Shown here piece by piece: positions 1 to 13,119 of a stretch of 64,000 nt of DNA. The translations under genes and the position numbers were made by a program. The stretch is from Stegostoma tigrinum. Its lineage: Eukaryota. How positions within the stretch are numbered: the first letter of the stretch is position 1; each line of letters starts with the position of its first letter. The stretch is taken from positions 96,021,187 to 96,085,186 of the forward strand of contig NC_081362.1 of NCBI RefSeq assembly GCF_030684315.1, written 5' to 3'. Below the pieces are notes generated by a model. The model was given only the letters and a program-made list of their open reading frames with translations, had not been told where the DNA came from and ran no database searches.

Positions 1-469
1 AACATTTAAAAAGTATTTGGATGAGCCCTTGAAGTGTCTCAACATTGGAGATCTAGTGTTAGGAAGTGGGGCTAGTGTAGATTTAGCAGAGTTTAATAGT
101 GAAGATTTGATTGGCTGAGGGGCTTCGCCTGTACTGTATGATTCTATGGTTGTATCTGAAATTACAAGAGTGCCGATGAAGGTTTCATCTTGCAGAGCGC
201 TTGTGGTAATCAGGTGTTGAGGGAGAATGCAACCTTGTATGCCTACTTTTACAACATCACATTTTTGCAATCAAATTTTATATACGTGTAAAAGGAGGAA
301 CTTGACAATTGCCCACTTGTTCTTGTACTTCTATTTCCTTTGGGCTATCTCGAACTAGATTTATCTCAATGGTGCTTTTTTTTTTAATGACTTCCTCAAT
401 TTCTTTTCCTGAATCACAAAAAGCTAGCAAGTTCAGTCTGTAATAGGGACGGCAAATAGTAACAAAAGG

Positions 470-820
470 GGAGGTAATGGCCTTGTAGTATTATGTCTGG
501 ACTGTTAATCTAGAGACCCGGATAACATTTTGGTGACCCATATACAAATCCAGCCACAGCAGATGGTGGAACTTGATTTTAATAAAATATCTGTAATTAA
601 GATTCTAATGATGACCATGAACCCATTGTCAATTGTTGGGAAAAACCCACCTGGTTCACTAATGTCCTTTAGGGAATGAAATTGACATCCTTACCCAATC
701 TGGCCTACATGTGAATCCAAACCCACAGCAATGTGGTTGACTCTGAACTACCCTCTGGGTAGTTAGGGATGGACAATAAATGCTGTTTAGCCAGTGACGC
801 GCATTAACGAATAAAGAAAA
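470..820 (+). mobile_element. tRNA-derived SINE (shark family with LINE-derived 3' tail)
   Basis: Homologous copies at 15860-16210(-), 28810-29160(+), 31110-31360(-), 32860-33160(-) and 45900-46220(-). The tail gggcaataaatgctggcc..gccagtgacgcc is shared with the LINE at 10590-11170. Confidence 0.8.
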
Positions 821-824
821 AAGA

Positions 825-1392
825 TGTTGCCCTTTATTTCAAAAGAATAGAAGTATGAAAATGTGAAGACATTGTCAAAACTATACAAGGTGTTAGATCA
901 CTGCTGGAATACTGGAACAGTTCTGGCCCTTATCTAAAGAAAGATATATTGTCATTTGAGGCAATTCAGTGAAGGTTCACCAGGAGTTTAGAAGACTGAG
1001 TCAAGACTTTATTGAAACATAGAAGTCTGAGGGGACTTGACAGGGTCAATGGAGTGAGATTATTTTGCCTTTTGGTAGAGTCGAGGACCAGAGGGTATTA
1101 CCTCAGACTAAGTGGTCACATATTTAAGACAGGGATGAGGAGGAATTTCTTCTCTCAGGAGGGAGTGAATCTTTGGAATTCTTTACTACAGAGGGCTGTA
1201 GAAATTGGGTCATGAAGTATATTTAAGGTTGAGACAGACAGATTTTTAATCAGTAAGGGGATCAAGGGTTTTTGGGAAAAGGCAGTAAAGTGGAGCTGCG
1301 GCTTACCAGATCAATCATGATCTCATTGAATGGTGGAGTAGACTTGATGGGTTGAATGGCCTACATCTGCTCCTATGTCTGATGGTCCTTAT
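825..1392 (+). mobile_element. CR1 LINE 3' fragment
   Basis: Degenerate RT C-terminus (RRNFFSQEGVNLWNSL) and CR1 3' UTR. Confidence 0.85.
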
Positions 1393-1884
1393 GCTTTCAA
1401 TACACAGCCCAACTGAGAACAATAGCACTCTGCAACAAAGTCGACATTATAACCGGAAGTTAAAAGTGCGTAAGTCAAAAACTTAAAAAAAACGTTTTAT
1501 TAGATGTGTTCAAACTGAAAATAAACCATCATAGCTTTATTTAAAACTGATTTCCTCTTTCTCAGCTTCCTAACAATATCTTTAGCAGGAACAGTTTTGT
1601 GTCCTTTCTTTAAATATATCTTATGCAATCATCTAAAACTGCTAATTAACTCTTCCACAAGCTACTCTCTTTGTTAATACTCTTTATCTCAATTGCACCA
1701 TAAGACTTTCGCAATTTGGCCTATCAAGTCTCCTCCACCATTCAGTAGGATCATGGCTGATCTGACGTTCCTAATATCCACTTTCCTGCCCTTTCCCATC
1801 ATCCCTAATTTGCGGAATGGTCCAGTATTATTCCCTCTCAGCCTTCAATATACACAAGGGCTCTGCCCCCACAGGACATAACAA

Positions 1885-2255
1885 GAACTGCAGATGCTGG
1901 AAGTCAGGGTCAATTCAATGTGGAGCTGGAGGAACACAGCAGGCCTGTCAGCATCTGAGATTCATCTGTGCTCTGTGTGTTCAAATCAACTCCACTTTCT
2001 GGTTGCCAACCATTTCAACTCCCCTTCCCATTCCCTTGGCAACATGTCCTTTCTTGGCCTTCTCCAATATCACAATGAGGCCACATGAAAATTGGAGGAA
2101 GAAAACCTAATATTCTGCTTTGGGAGCTTACAGCCTAAAGGCCTCAACATAGAATTCACTAGCTTCAAAATCTCCCCACCCCATCCCCACTCACCCTCCC
2201 TCTATTTATTTCTGAGCTCCCTTCCCCATCCCCAGAACTGACGAAGGGTCCTGGC
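1885..2255 (+). mobile_element. Penelope-like element fragment
   Basis: Homologous to 18400-18620 (LHFLVANHFNSPSHS), with an inverted terminal piece. Confidence 0.75.
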
Positions 2256-2339
2256 TCTGTCCCCATAGCTCTCTGGCAAGATGTTCCAAAGAATCACTGT
2301 CTTGAGGAGAAGAAATTCTGCCTCATCTTAGTCTTAAAT

Positions 2340-5300
2340 TGGTATCAGTTGTTCCAGCGGTGGGAGCCCAGGAGAAAGCACGAGGGCAGCCTGGGAAGGT
2401 AAGCGAATTGATTATAAAAGTCTTACCTCGCATGACTGCGGCCTTTCAGTTGTTTCAGCGTTGGGAGTCCGGGAGGAAGCATGAGGGCAGCCTGGGAAGG
2501 TAAGCTTCTACCCAATAAATTTGGGAGTTAACTAACACCCGAGACACTGCACACATAGTGTCTCCCACCTTTCCACTTCCTCTAACCTAACAATAATGAC
2601 TAAGTGTGGTGAGCCGGGAAGCTAATTGCATTTTTTTTTCCTAGTCTCTTTGTTATCTTTTGGCTGGTCACCCAGATGCCAAATCCTCTGCGAGCAGATC
2701 GGCAGGCAAAGTCGGAGTCTGTTTGAGTATATAACAGAATAAACTTACTGGTGCAGCGAACACTACAAAACTAAAATAAAAACTAATTAATTTTAAATAA
2801 TTAGCTCAGTAGCGATAGCAGGCCAGGTGATGTGTTGTAGCTGTATGATGTGGGAGCTGGCTGATCCCATTGAGAACGGCAGGGACCTCATCTGCAGCAA
2901 GTGTTGGCTGCTTGAGGAGCTCTGACTCAAAATTGATGAGCTGGAATCCAAACTCTAAACACTGTAGCACATCCGGGAGGAGAAATACCTGGATACTGTG
3001 TTCCAAAGAGGCAGTCACACCTGGTAGATTAACTAATGTTAATTCGATCGGCGGGCAGGGACAGCATTGTGTGACTGCGAGTGAGGCAGGTAGAGGAACC
3101 CTGCAGACAGGAACACAGGAGCCGCAGCCCTTGACATTGTCCCACAGGTATGAGGCACTTGCTCCCTGCGTGGATGAGGAACAGGGCTGCAGGAAGGATG
3201 AGTCAACTGACCATGGCTCCATGGCCTAGGAGGCCATTCAAGAGGAAGAAGCAAAAAGACAGATTGTAGTTATAGGGGATTCCATCATCGGGGGATAGAC
3301 AGTATCCTTTGCGAGCAGGATAGAGAATCCCGCATGGTGTGTTGCCTGCCCAGTGCCAGGGTGCGAGACATCTCTGACCGGCCTGAGAGGATACTGGAGA
3401 GGGCGGGGGAGGATCCAGTTGTTGTGGTCCATGTAGGTACAAAGAACACAGGCAGGACTAAGGAAAAAGACCTGTTTCGGGATTAGGAAAAGCTCGGAAC
3501 AAAATTAAAAAACAGGTCTTCAAGGGTCATAATCTCTGGATTGCTGCCCGAGCCACGTGCAAATTGGCATGGGAGGCAAGGATCAGGGAAGTAAACACAT
3601 GGCTAAAAGGGTGGTGTGGGAAAGAGGGTTTCCTTTTCATGGGGCACTGGCATCAGTTCTGGGACAGGAGGGATCTGTACCACTGGAATGGACTCCACCT
3701 GAACAGGGCCAGGTCTAGTGTTCTGGAGGAAAGGGTAAATAGGATGGGTAATAGGACTTTCAACTAGTAAGTAGGGGGCGAAGGGAGAAGTGAGTGTAGA
3801 AGGAGAATAACAATTAATGTAAGCCCAAGCAGCAGGTTAGCAGGTGACGAGGAAGCTTCAACACCATGGAAAATTAGGGAAAAAAGTTAAAGGGAAGGAG
3901 AACTCAAGAGCTGTTAGTAATGGAGGTAATAGGACCCAAAAAGGAGGTGCAAAAACTGGCATAAGGACACTTTATCTGAATGCTCGGAGCATTCAAAATA
4001 AGGTGGATGAGTTGATGGTGCAAATAATGGCAAATGGGCATGATTTAGTGGCCATTACAGAGACATGGTTACAGGATGGTCATGACTGGGAGTTAAATAT
4101 CCAGGGGTATCAAACTGTTCGGGAGGACGGACAGGAAGGTAAGGGAGGTGGTGTTGCTCTGATTTTTTAACAATGATATCAGGGCAGTACTGAGAGAGAT
4201 GATACAGGTTCTACTGAGCAAAACGTTGAATCCATTTGGGTGGAAATTAGGAATAGCAGAGAGAAGAAGTCACTCATAGGTGTGGTCTAGAGGCCACCAA
4301 ATAATGACATTGTGGAGGGGCAGGCAATAAACATAGAAACAGCTAATGCATGTAAAAATGGGACAGCAATTATCATGGGGGATTTTTATCTACATATCAA
4401 CTGGTCAAACCAGGTCGGTCATGGCAACCTTGAGAAGGGGTTCATAGGATGCATCAGCGATAATTTCCTTGAACAATATGTAATGGAACCTACAAGGGAG
4501 CAAGCTATCCGAGATCTAGTCCTGTGTAATGAGACAGGAATAATTAATGATCTCACAGTCAGGGATCCTCTCGGAAGGAGCGATCACAGTATGGTCGAAT
4601 TTAAAATAAATGTGGAGCGTGAGAAGGTTAAATCCAGTCCCTATGTCCTCTGCTTAAACAAAGGAGACTATGAAGGAATGAGGGAGGAGTTAGCTAAGGG
4701 AGAATGGGAGCAAAACCTTTATGATGGGTCAATTGAGGAACAGTGGAGGACTTTCCAAATGATTTTTCACAGTGCTCAGCAGGAGTATATTCCAGTGATA
4801 AGGAAGAACTGTAGGAAAAGAGAGAGCCAGCCATGGATGTCTAAGGAAATGAAGGGAAGTATCAGATTGAAAAAAAAATACATACAAAAAAGCAAAGAGT
4901 AGTGAGAAATTAGTAGACTGGGAATTCTTTAAAGGCCAACAGGAAGCCACAAAAATGTTATAAAGTAAAGTAAGACAGATTATGAGAGTAAACTAGGTCA
5001 GAATATAAAAACAGGTAGCAAAAGTTGCCCGAAACATCAGCTTTTATGCTCCTAAGATGCTGCTTGGCCTGCTGTGTTCATCCAGCTCTACACTTTGTTA
5101 TCTCGGATTCTCCAGCATCTGCACTTCTTATTATCTCTAGCAAAAGTTTCTATTAATATGTAAATCATAAAAGAGTCTTGAAGGTAAATTTTGGTCCTTT
5201 AGAGGGTGAGAATGGCAATTTAATAGCTAGGAAGGAGGAAATAGCCGAGACATTAAACAATTATTTCATATCAGTCTTCACAGTGGAAGACACAAATAAT

Positions 5301-6960
5301 ATGCTGAAAACTAATGGCAAGAAGGTTATAGCAGGTGCGGACCTAGAAACTATCATTATCACTAAGGAGGCAGCGCTGGGCAAGCTAATGGGGCTAAAGG
5401 TAGACAAGTCTCCTGGCCCTGATGACATGCATCCCAGGATACCAAAAGAGGTGAAGGGGGAAATAGCAAATGCACTAGTAATTAGTTACCAAAATTCACT
5501 GGAGTCTGGGGTGGTTCCCGCAGATTGGAAAACAGCCAACGTGACGCCACTGTTTAAAAAAGGAAGTGGACAAAAATCAGGTAACTATAGGCCAGTTAGC
5601 TTAACTTCAGTAGTGGGGACATGCTTGAATCTATCATTAAGGAAGAAATAACAAGACATCTGGATATAAATCTAGAACAACCAGCATGGGTTCATGAAGG
5701 GTAGATCATGTTTAACTAATTTGGTGGAATTCTTTGAGGACATTTCTTGCATGGTGGACAATGGGGAACCTGTGGATGTGGTGTATCTGGATTTCCAGAA
5801 GGCATTTTACAAGGTGCCACACCAAAGTCTACTACATAAGATAGTTGCACGGTATTGCAGGTTATGTATTGGCTTGGATAGAGGATTGGTTGACCAGTAG
5901 AAAGCAAAGAGTAAGGATAAATGGGTGTTTTACTGGTTGGTGGTCAGTGGTTAGTGATGTGCCTAAGGATCAGCGTTGGGACCGCAATTGTTTACAATTT
6001 ACACATATGATTTGGAGTTGGGGACTAAGTGTGATGTGTCAAAATTTGCAGGTGACACTAAGGTGAGTGGTAGAGCAAAGTGTGCAGAAGACACTGAAAG
6101 TCTGCAGAGGGATATAGATAGTCTGAGTGAGTGGGCAAAGGTCTGGCAGATGGAGTACAATGTTGGTAAGTGTGAGGCATCCATTTTGGTAGGAATAACA
6201 GCAAAATGGGCCATGTTTAAATGGTAAAAAATTGCAGCACACTGCTTGTGCATGAATCGCTGAAGGTGGGATTGCAGGTGCAGCAGGTAATTAAAAAGGC
6301 GAATGGAATTTTGCCTGCCATCGCTAGCGGGATGGAGTTTAAAAACAGGGAGGCTGTGCTGCAGCTGTATAGGGTCCTGGTGAGGCCACATCTGGGGTAC
6401 TGTGTGCCGTTTTGATCTCCTTACTTGAGAAGAGATATACTAGCACTGGAGGGGGTGCAGAGGAAATTCACTCAGTTGATTCCAGAGTTGAAAGGGTTGG
6501 ATTGTGAGGAGAGACTGAGTAGACTGGGATTATACTCATTGGAATTCAGAAGAATGAGGGGAGATCTTATAGAAACATGTAAGATTGTGAAGGGAATAGA
6601 TGAGGTGGAGGCAGGGAGGTTGTTTCCGCTAGCAGGTGAAACTACGATTAGAGGGCATCGCCTCTAAATAAAGGGAAGCAGATGTAGCACTGAGGTCAGG
6701 AGGAACTTCTTCACCCAAAGGGTTGTGAATCTGTGGAATTCCCTGCCCAGTGAAGCGGTTGAAGCTACCTCGCTGAATGTTTTTAAGGCAAGGCTAGATA
6801 AATTTTTGAACAGTAAAGGAATTAAGGGTTATGGTGAGTGGGCAGGTAAGTGGAGCTGAGTCTCAAAAAGATCAACCATGATCTTAGTAAATAGCAGGGC
6901 AGGCTCGAGGGGCCAGATGGCCTACTCTTGCTCCTAGTTCTTATGTTCTTATGTTCTTAT
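2340..6960 (+). mobile_element. Near full-length decayed CR1 LINE (5' UTR monomers, ORF1 zinc-finger + SGNH esterase, ORF2 APE + RT, (TTCTTATG)n tail)
   Basis: ORF1 IVVIGDSII...RMVCCLP at ~3260. APE motifs LYLNARSIQNK, VAITETW, IMGDF and SDH. RT motifs KSPGPD, NYRPVSLTS, DVVYLDFQKAF and SKFAGDTK. Multiple frameshifts and stops. Confidence 0.95.
5027..5137 (+). mobile_element. Penelope terminal-repeat fragment inserted in CR1 ORF2 with 11-bp TSD
   Basis: TAGCAAAAGTT at 5016-5026 and 5138-5148. Confidence 0.85.
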
Positions 6961-6964
6961 CTCT

Positions 6965-8060
6965 TTATTCTGAGACTTCGGCCTCTGGTCTCTTATGATG
7001 AGAAACATTCCCTCAGCATTTACTTTTGTCAAGCCTCTTAAATCCTGTATGTTTCAATGAGATCATCTCTCACTCTTTTAAGCCCCAATGAATAGAATCA
7101 CAACCTATTTCGCCTTTTTTCATAAGACATGCCAGGGATCATCCCAGTGAACTTTTCTGAATGGTCTCCAAGGAAATGATATTTTTTCTTACATAAGGGA
7201 CCAGAATTGCTTACAGTACTCCAGATGTAGTCTCACCAGCCTTTGTACAGTTGCAGATGCTGGAGAATCCGATTGACCTGTCTGTCCTCCCTGGGCTGAC
7301 CAATCTCTTCCCTACCTCCCCACCTACACTCACCTTTACTGGCTCCATCCCTGCCTCTTTGACTTGTCTGTCTCCTCTCCACCTATCTCCTCTGTCCACC
7401 TTTGATCCTCCTCCCGCTCTCTCCCTATTTATTTCAGAACCCCCTTCCCCTCCTACATTTCTGATGAAGGCTCTAGGCCCAAAACGTCAACTTTCCTGCT
7501 CCTAAGATGTTGCTTGGCCTGCTGTGTTCATCCAGCTCTACTCTTTGTACAGTTGCAGCAAGATTTCCCAATTCTTATGATCCAAAACCTTGAGATTACG
7601 GCCAACGTTCCATGAGCCTTCCTGATTACCTGCTGCCCCTGTGTATTACCTTTCTGTGTTTCATGCACAAGGACACTTCCCCCAAGTCCCTTTGTGTTGC
7701 AGCATTCTGCAGTTTTTCTCTATTTAAAAATATCCTGTTCTTCTGTTCTCCCTTCCAATATGAACGACTTCACATTTTCCCATGTAACCCTCCATTTGCC
7801 AGCTATAAGCCCACTTAGTTAATCTGTCAATATCTCTCCGTAAATTTTTTGTACCTCTCTCACAATCGGCCTTTCCACCTATTTTTGTGTCATCTTCAGA
7901 TCTGACTACAATAAATTCACTTTCTTCCTCCCAGTCATTAAGATATATTGTAAACAGTTGCAGTCCCAACACTGATCCCTGGGGAACCCTACTGGTGTTA
8001 GGTCTCCAATCTTTATCCCCACTCGCAGTTTCCTACACATGAGCCAATTCTCTATCATTG
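6965..8060 (-). mobile_element. CR1 RT fragment interrupted by a Penelope fragment (7257-7542, 16-bp TSD)
   Basis: The minus strand reads LQLFTIYLND..DDTKIGG..CEVVHIGR. CTTTGTACAGTTGCAG at 7241-7256 and 7543-7558. Confidence 0.85.
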
Positions 8061-8084
8061 CTATCCAGCATAAGAAGCCACCAA

Positions 8085-8850
8085 GGAAACGTTGCATTCA
8101 TATAACATCTTTCACATCGGCCAGATTTACCAAAGTATTTCACAGCTTGTGAAGTAATTTTGAACTGTGATCACTTTTCTGAAGCAAGAGATATAGCAAC
8201 TATTGTTCAGATAACAACATCCTGAATAGGAATAGATAATCTGTCCTTGTAGGATTGATCAACACACAAACACACACACACACACAAGCAAATCTACAGG
8301 GTAAATTTGTATTTGCAGATGCATTCTGTTTTGTTCACAAAGTACACAATTTATAGATAGTCAGTTAATGTGACATTTTACAAATTCCTGCTTTAGAAAT
8401 AAAACCAGTCCAAACCAAAATACAAACAGATTCTAAACAAGGCCTCACACTTTACAAGCATTATCTGAGCTAAAATGTCACCTCTTCTTCACACTGATAA
8501 AACTTTTATTTCTCTCAGGACAGTGACTTGAAAGGAATTAGGTGATTTACATATAGTATTTATCATTTAAAAAATTTTGATAAAAGATTTAGCAGCATCT
8601 TATGTTTGTTTAATACATCTTCATCAGTGGTGTGACTGATCTTTACTAACAAATTCTGTGCCTGATACTATCTCTCTCACTAACACCTGAAGAAAGAACG
8701 ATGCTCTGAAAGCTTGTGTTTTCAAATAAACCTGTTTGACCATAACCTGGGGTTGTGCGATTTCTGACCTCATTCAACAGGGAGCATGGAGGTTTTGTGG
8801 CATGCCCAACAGTACAGCTGTCCCATAGTGCTGCATTGGAATATCATTTA
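8085..8850 (-). mobile_element. Deu-domain SINE (SacSINE1/AmnSINE1-like) remnant split by a Penelope-type insertion (~8260-8770, includes a (CA)n tract)
   Basis: Reverse complements of 8090-8250 and 8790-8845 resemble the Deu-SINE tail and core (…gcagtactgagggagtgctgcactgtcgg…). Recognised from memory, not aligned. Confidence 0.5.
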
Positions 8851-10399
8851 ATTTGGCTTGATTTGCTTTATTGTTGTCGCATGTACCTAGGTACAGTGAA
8901 AAGTTTTGTTTTGTGTGCAGTACAGGCAGATCATACAAAGTGCATTGAAGGTAATTGAAAAGGCCAAGGAGTGCAATGTCACAGCTGCAGAGGAGTTACA
9001 CAAAGAGCAAAAGCAACACTAAATGGAAAATTTGAGAAATCAATTTAAAGGGCTAATAACAGCAGGGATGAGCAGTTCTTGAACCTATTGGTATGTACGT
9101 TCAAGCTTTTGCATCCTCTGCCTGATGGAAGAGGTTGGAAGAGATTATAACTGGGGACTTTGATGATGTTGTCTGTCTTCCTGAGGCAACAAGAAGTATA
9201 GTTTGCATCATTGAATAGAAGGTGCGAATTACTGCAGATGCTGAAATCTGTACTGGGCACAGCATGGTGGCACAGTGGTCAGCACTGCTCCCTCATAGAG
9301 CCAGGGACACAGGCTCAATCTGGCCTTGGGCAAGTGTCTGTGTGGAGTTTGCACATTCTCTCCATGTGGGTATGGTTTTGCTCACAAGCCACAGGTAAAG
9401 TACCTGATATGTGGAGAATAGCTAATGTGGTTCCTTTGTTCTGGTGCTTCTGGTCCAAAATGGTGCCAGAGCAGGGCTCCTTGTACGCTCCAACTGCTTC
9501 TCTCTTTCTTATTCTCCTCTCTTTATCTTAACTTACTTATCATGTCCTAAGCTTGGATGGCATCAGCGAAACAGTGCAAACTTTGATCAGTCTCAAACCA
9601 GGGCCAGGGTACAGACCTTGTGTGGGCCTATTGGGACCCTCAAGCAGGCCCAGGGTGAGGACTTCGAGGCAGGCCTAGGGTGTGGACCTGAGATGGGTCC
9701 AGGATGCAGACATTGAGCTGGGCTCAGGGTGTGGACCTTAAGGTGGGCCCAGGGTGCAGACCTTGAGGCAGGCCCAGGGCATGGACCTCCTGCCGGACCC
9801 AGTGAGGAGAAGAATGAACGCCTTCTTGCTTTACTGCAGCAAGCACAGGACTTGGAATTGGTGGCTGCTACATTGGCAAAGGCAAAGTCAGGAAGTAGGA
9901 CTAGTGGCAAAAAGATAGAGCAGTGATTTTGTTGTCGGTTGCACGCTGTGCTGGAGGTGACAAAATGATGCTGGAAGGGCACCATGGCAATGTTGACGAG
10001 GTTTTCCCAGCAACAAGTGGGGTGACTGACAGTAGTTCTGGTGCAGGAGGCAACGAGGCGGTTACAGAGCAGTATCAGACCAGAGGCAAGGATGGCACCC
10101 AGCAATGGGCAGCTTCGATGTTGGTTGAGTCCAATGTAGGTGGCAACAGAGTGGTGTGGATGGATGTCGGTGTAGGGGTCGTTGACAGCGATGAGCTGGC
10201 TCAGGACTGATTGACTTTCTTCAAGTTAATCTTCCTTTCTCATATTCTTAAATCATTCAAAACGGCATCATTTTGTGGCAACAAATGTAAGCTCTTCATG
10301 GCATTCATATTTTTACCGCAAAATACCTGTGACAATAAAATCAAAATCAAAATCAAAATCTCGTGGGGCAGCAGGGATAGGCCAGGTAGTTATGAGCTG

Positions 10400-12310
10400 T
10401 TATTTTGATGTCAGTGGGAGAGAATTCATTGGTAAAAATTCTGAAGCGCAGGATTAATTAATACCTGGAAGGGATAGATTAGGAATAGTCAGTGCTGATT
10501 TGCGGAGATCCTGTCTGACTAATTTAATTGAGAATTTTGAAAAGGTGACAAAATAAATTGATGAGGATAGTGCAGATTTTAGCTACAAAAGAATGTCAGA
10601 TGTTGGAAATACTGTGGTGAGTAACTCACTTCCTGACTGCCCAAAGCCAGACCACCATTGCAAGGAGTGTGATGGAATATTCCTCACTTGCCTGGATGGG
10701 TGCAGGCTAACTACATTCCAGAAACTTGACACCATCCAGGACAAAGCAGCCCGCTTGATTGGCACTACATCCACAAGCAATCATTCCCTCTACCACTGAT
10801 GCTCAGGAGCAGCAGTGTGTATTATCCTCAAAATGCACTGCAGAAATTCACCAAAGATCCTTAGGTAGTTCCTTCTCAGCACACAACCACTTCCATTTAA
10901 GAGGACAAAGGCAGCAGGCACATGGGAATATCACCACCATCAAATTTACGTCCAAGCTGCTCACCATCCTGGCGTGGAAGTATTTCATCGCTCCTTTACT
11001 CTGCTTGTGTCAAAATCCTGGAATTCCCCCTTTAATAACATTGTGGGCCAACCCTCAGCAAGTGGAATTTCGTGGTTCAAGAAGGCAGCTCACAACTACT
11101 TTCTGAAGGGCAACTGCAGATGGGCAATAGGTGCTGGCCAGCCAGTGACGCCTACATCCCACAAATGAATCAAAAAAAATTATGTGGTTTATATTAACCT
11201 CAGCAAGGCCTTTGACAAAGTCCCATATGGAAGGCTGGCCCAAAATATAAAAGCCAATGTGATTCAAGGAGGTTGGCAAGCTGGATCCAAAACTGGCTTG
11301 CAAATAGGAGGCAATGGATGATGGTGGAGAGTTTTTTTTGTGCTTGGAAACCTGTGACTAGTGGTGTACCACAGGGATCAGTGCTGGTACCTTTGCTGTT
11401 AGCTCTCCATGTTAATGACCTGAATGTGAATGGAGAAGGCATTAACTGTAAATTTGTAGATGACATGAAAATTGGTGGCGTTGTTGATAGTGAGGATGGC
11501 CTCAGTCTACAGTTTGTTACTGATCAGCTGGTAAATTGGACAGAGCAATGACAGGTTGAATTTAGTCCTGATGAGTGTTAGGTTATGCACTTTGGGAGGC
11601 CTCATAAAGGGAGGATAGACACAGTGTGTGGTAGGTCCTTAGGGTACATTGGGGAACAAAGGGACCTTGGTGGGCAAGCACATTCATCCCTGAAGGTGTC
11701 AGCACAGGCAGACAGGGTAGCCAGGCTGTAGAATATAGGAGCAGGGAAGTCTTGTTTGAACTTTATAAAATATAGGTTCACCCACAGATGGAGCACTGTG
11801 TGCATTTCTGGCTGCCGCACCATCAGTAGGACATGATTGCCACTGGAGAGGCTGCAATAGAGATTCACCAGGATGTTGTCTGGGTTGGAAAAGGAGGAGA
11901 GACTGGATAGGCTGGGCTTGTTTTCCCTGGTGCAGAGGAGGCTGAGAGGGGATTCTAATAATGGCATCCAAAATTAAGAGAGGCATATATAGAGTAGATT
12001 CTGAGAACCTTTTCCCCTTGGTAGACATATTTAAGACCACAGGGCTTGGGTTGAAGGTGAGGAATAAATAGTTTTGAGGGAAAATCATTTTCCCCCAGAG
12101 GGTGGTAGAAATATGGAAGGTACTGCCTGAGAGGGTGGTGGAGACAGACACTCTCACTTTATTGTAGAAGCTTCTGGATGAGCATTACTAATTCCAGGGC
12201 ACAGATAGTTATGGGTCAGTGCAGATATATGGGGTTAGTGCAGTTTGATATTTGTTGGTTGGCATGGACATGGAACAAAGGGCCTGTTTCTAAACTGCAT
12301 GACTCTATGA
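10400..12310 (+). mobile_element. CR1 RT/3' fragment with nested LINE 3' end (10590-11170)
   Basis: VTSGVPQGSVL, CKFVDDMK and an (ACTCTATG)n tail. The nested piece reads KLDTIQDKAARLI and ends in the SINE-shared tail. Confidence 0.85.
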
Positions 12311-13119
12311 CTCAATGATTGTATTTCGAGAATCTGTGATTTTTTTTTCATATCTGCTGGGAGTTTGAAAGAGTGAGAGGTGACTTGATTGAAACATACA
12401 AGATCCTGAGGGGACTTGACTGGTTAGATGTGCAAAGGATAGTTCCTCTTGTGGGAGAATCAGATCTAGGGGGCAGAGTTTAAACATAAGGGTTGTGCAT
12501 CTTGGCAGAGGCACATTTATCATAGAGGGTCATACATTTTTGGAACTCTCCCTGCAAAAGGTGGTGGAAGCAAAGTCCTTGGATATTTTTAAAACAGAAG
12601 TGGATAGACTCTTCTTTAACAAGGGGTTGAAACATTATCTAGGATAGGTGGAATGTGGAGAATCAGATTATCCACGAACGTTTTGGAACAGGCTTGAGGG
12701 GCTGACTGGCCTATTTCTGATCTTAGTTTGTCTGATCCTTTGGATGTTTGTACATTAACACGGGCTTGGACGTTGAAGGAATGAATCCTTGTCAGAAACC
12801 TGCCCATCAATAGTTGTTAGAAGATGGGGGAAGAGTGAGGAGAATTGGGTTGGGGGAGAAGGCTTTGTAATATTCACTGGGAGAAAGCACTGCCTGGGAT
12901 CTATGCACTGCATAATCCTGTCTACTGACCCGGTTAACCCATGCTCATCTGACCCAGGTGGGACACCTCTGCTGCCCATTTAGCTTCAGTATATGTTTGA
13001 GCTGTCACTTCCTAACAGACTAATAAATAACTCACAAATCACTTATCATTTGGATCCCACTTTGTGTAATCCGTGTGATCGCAGCCTAAAGCTGACACAG
13101 AGCCTATGGATTTTGACAT

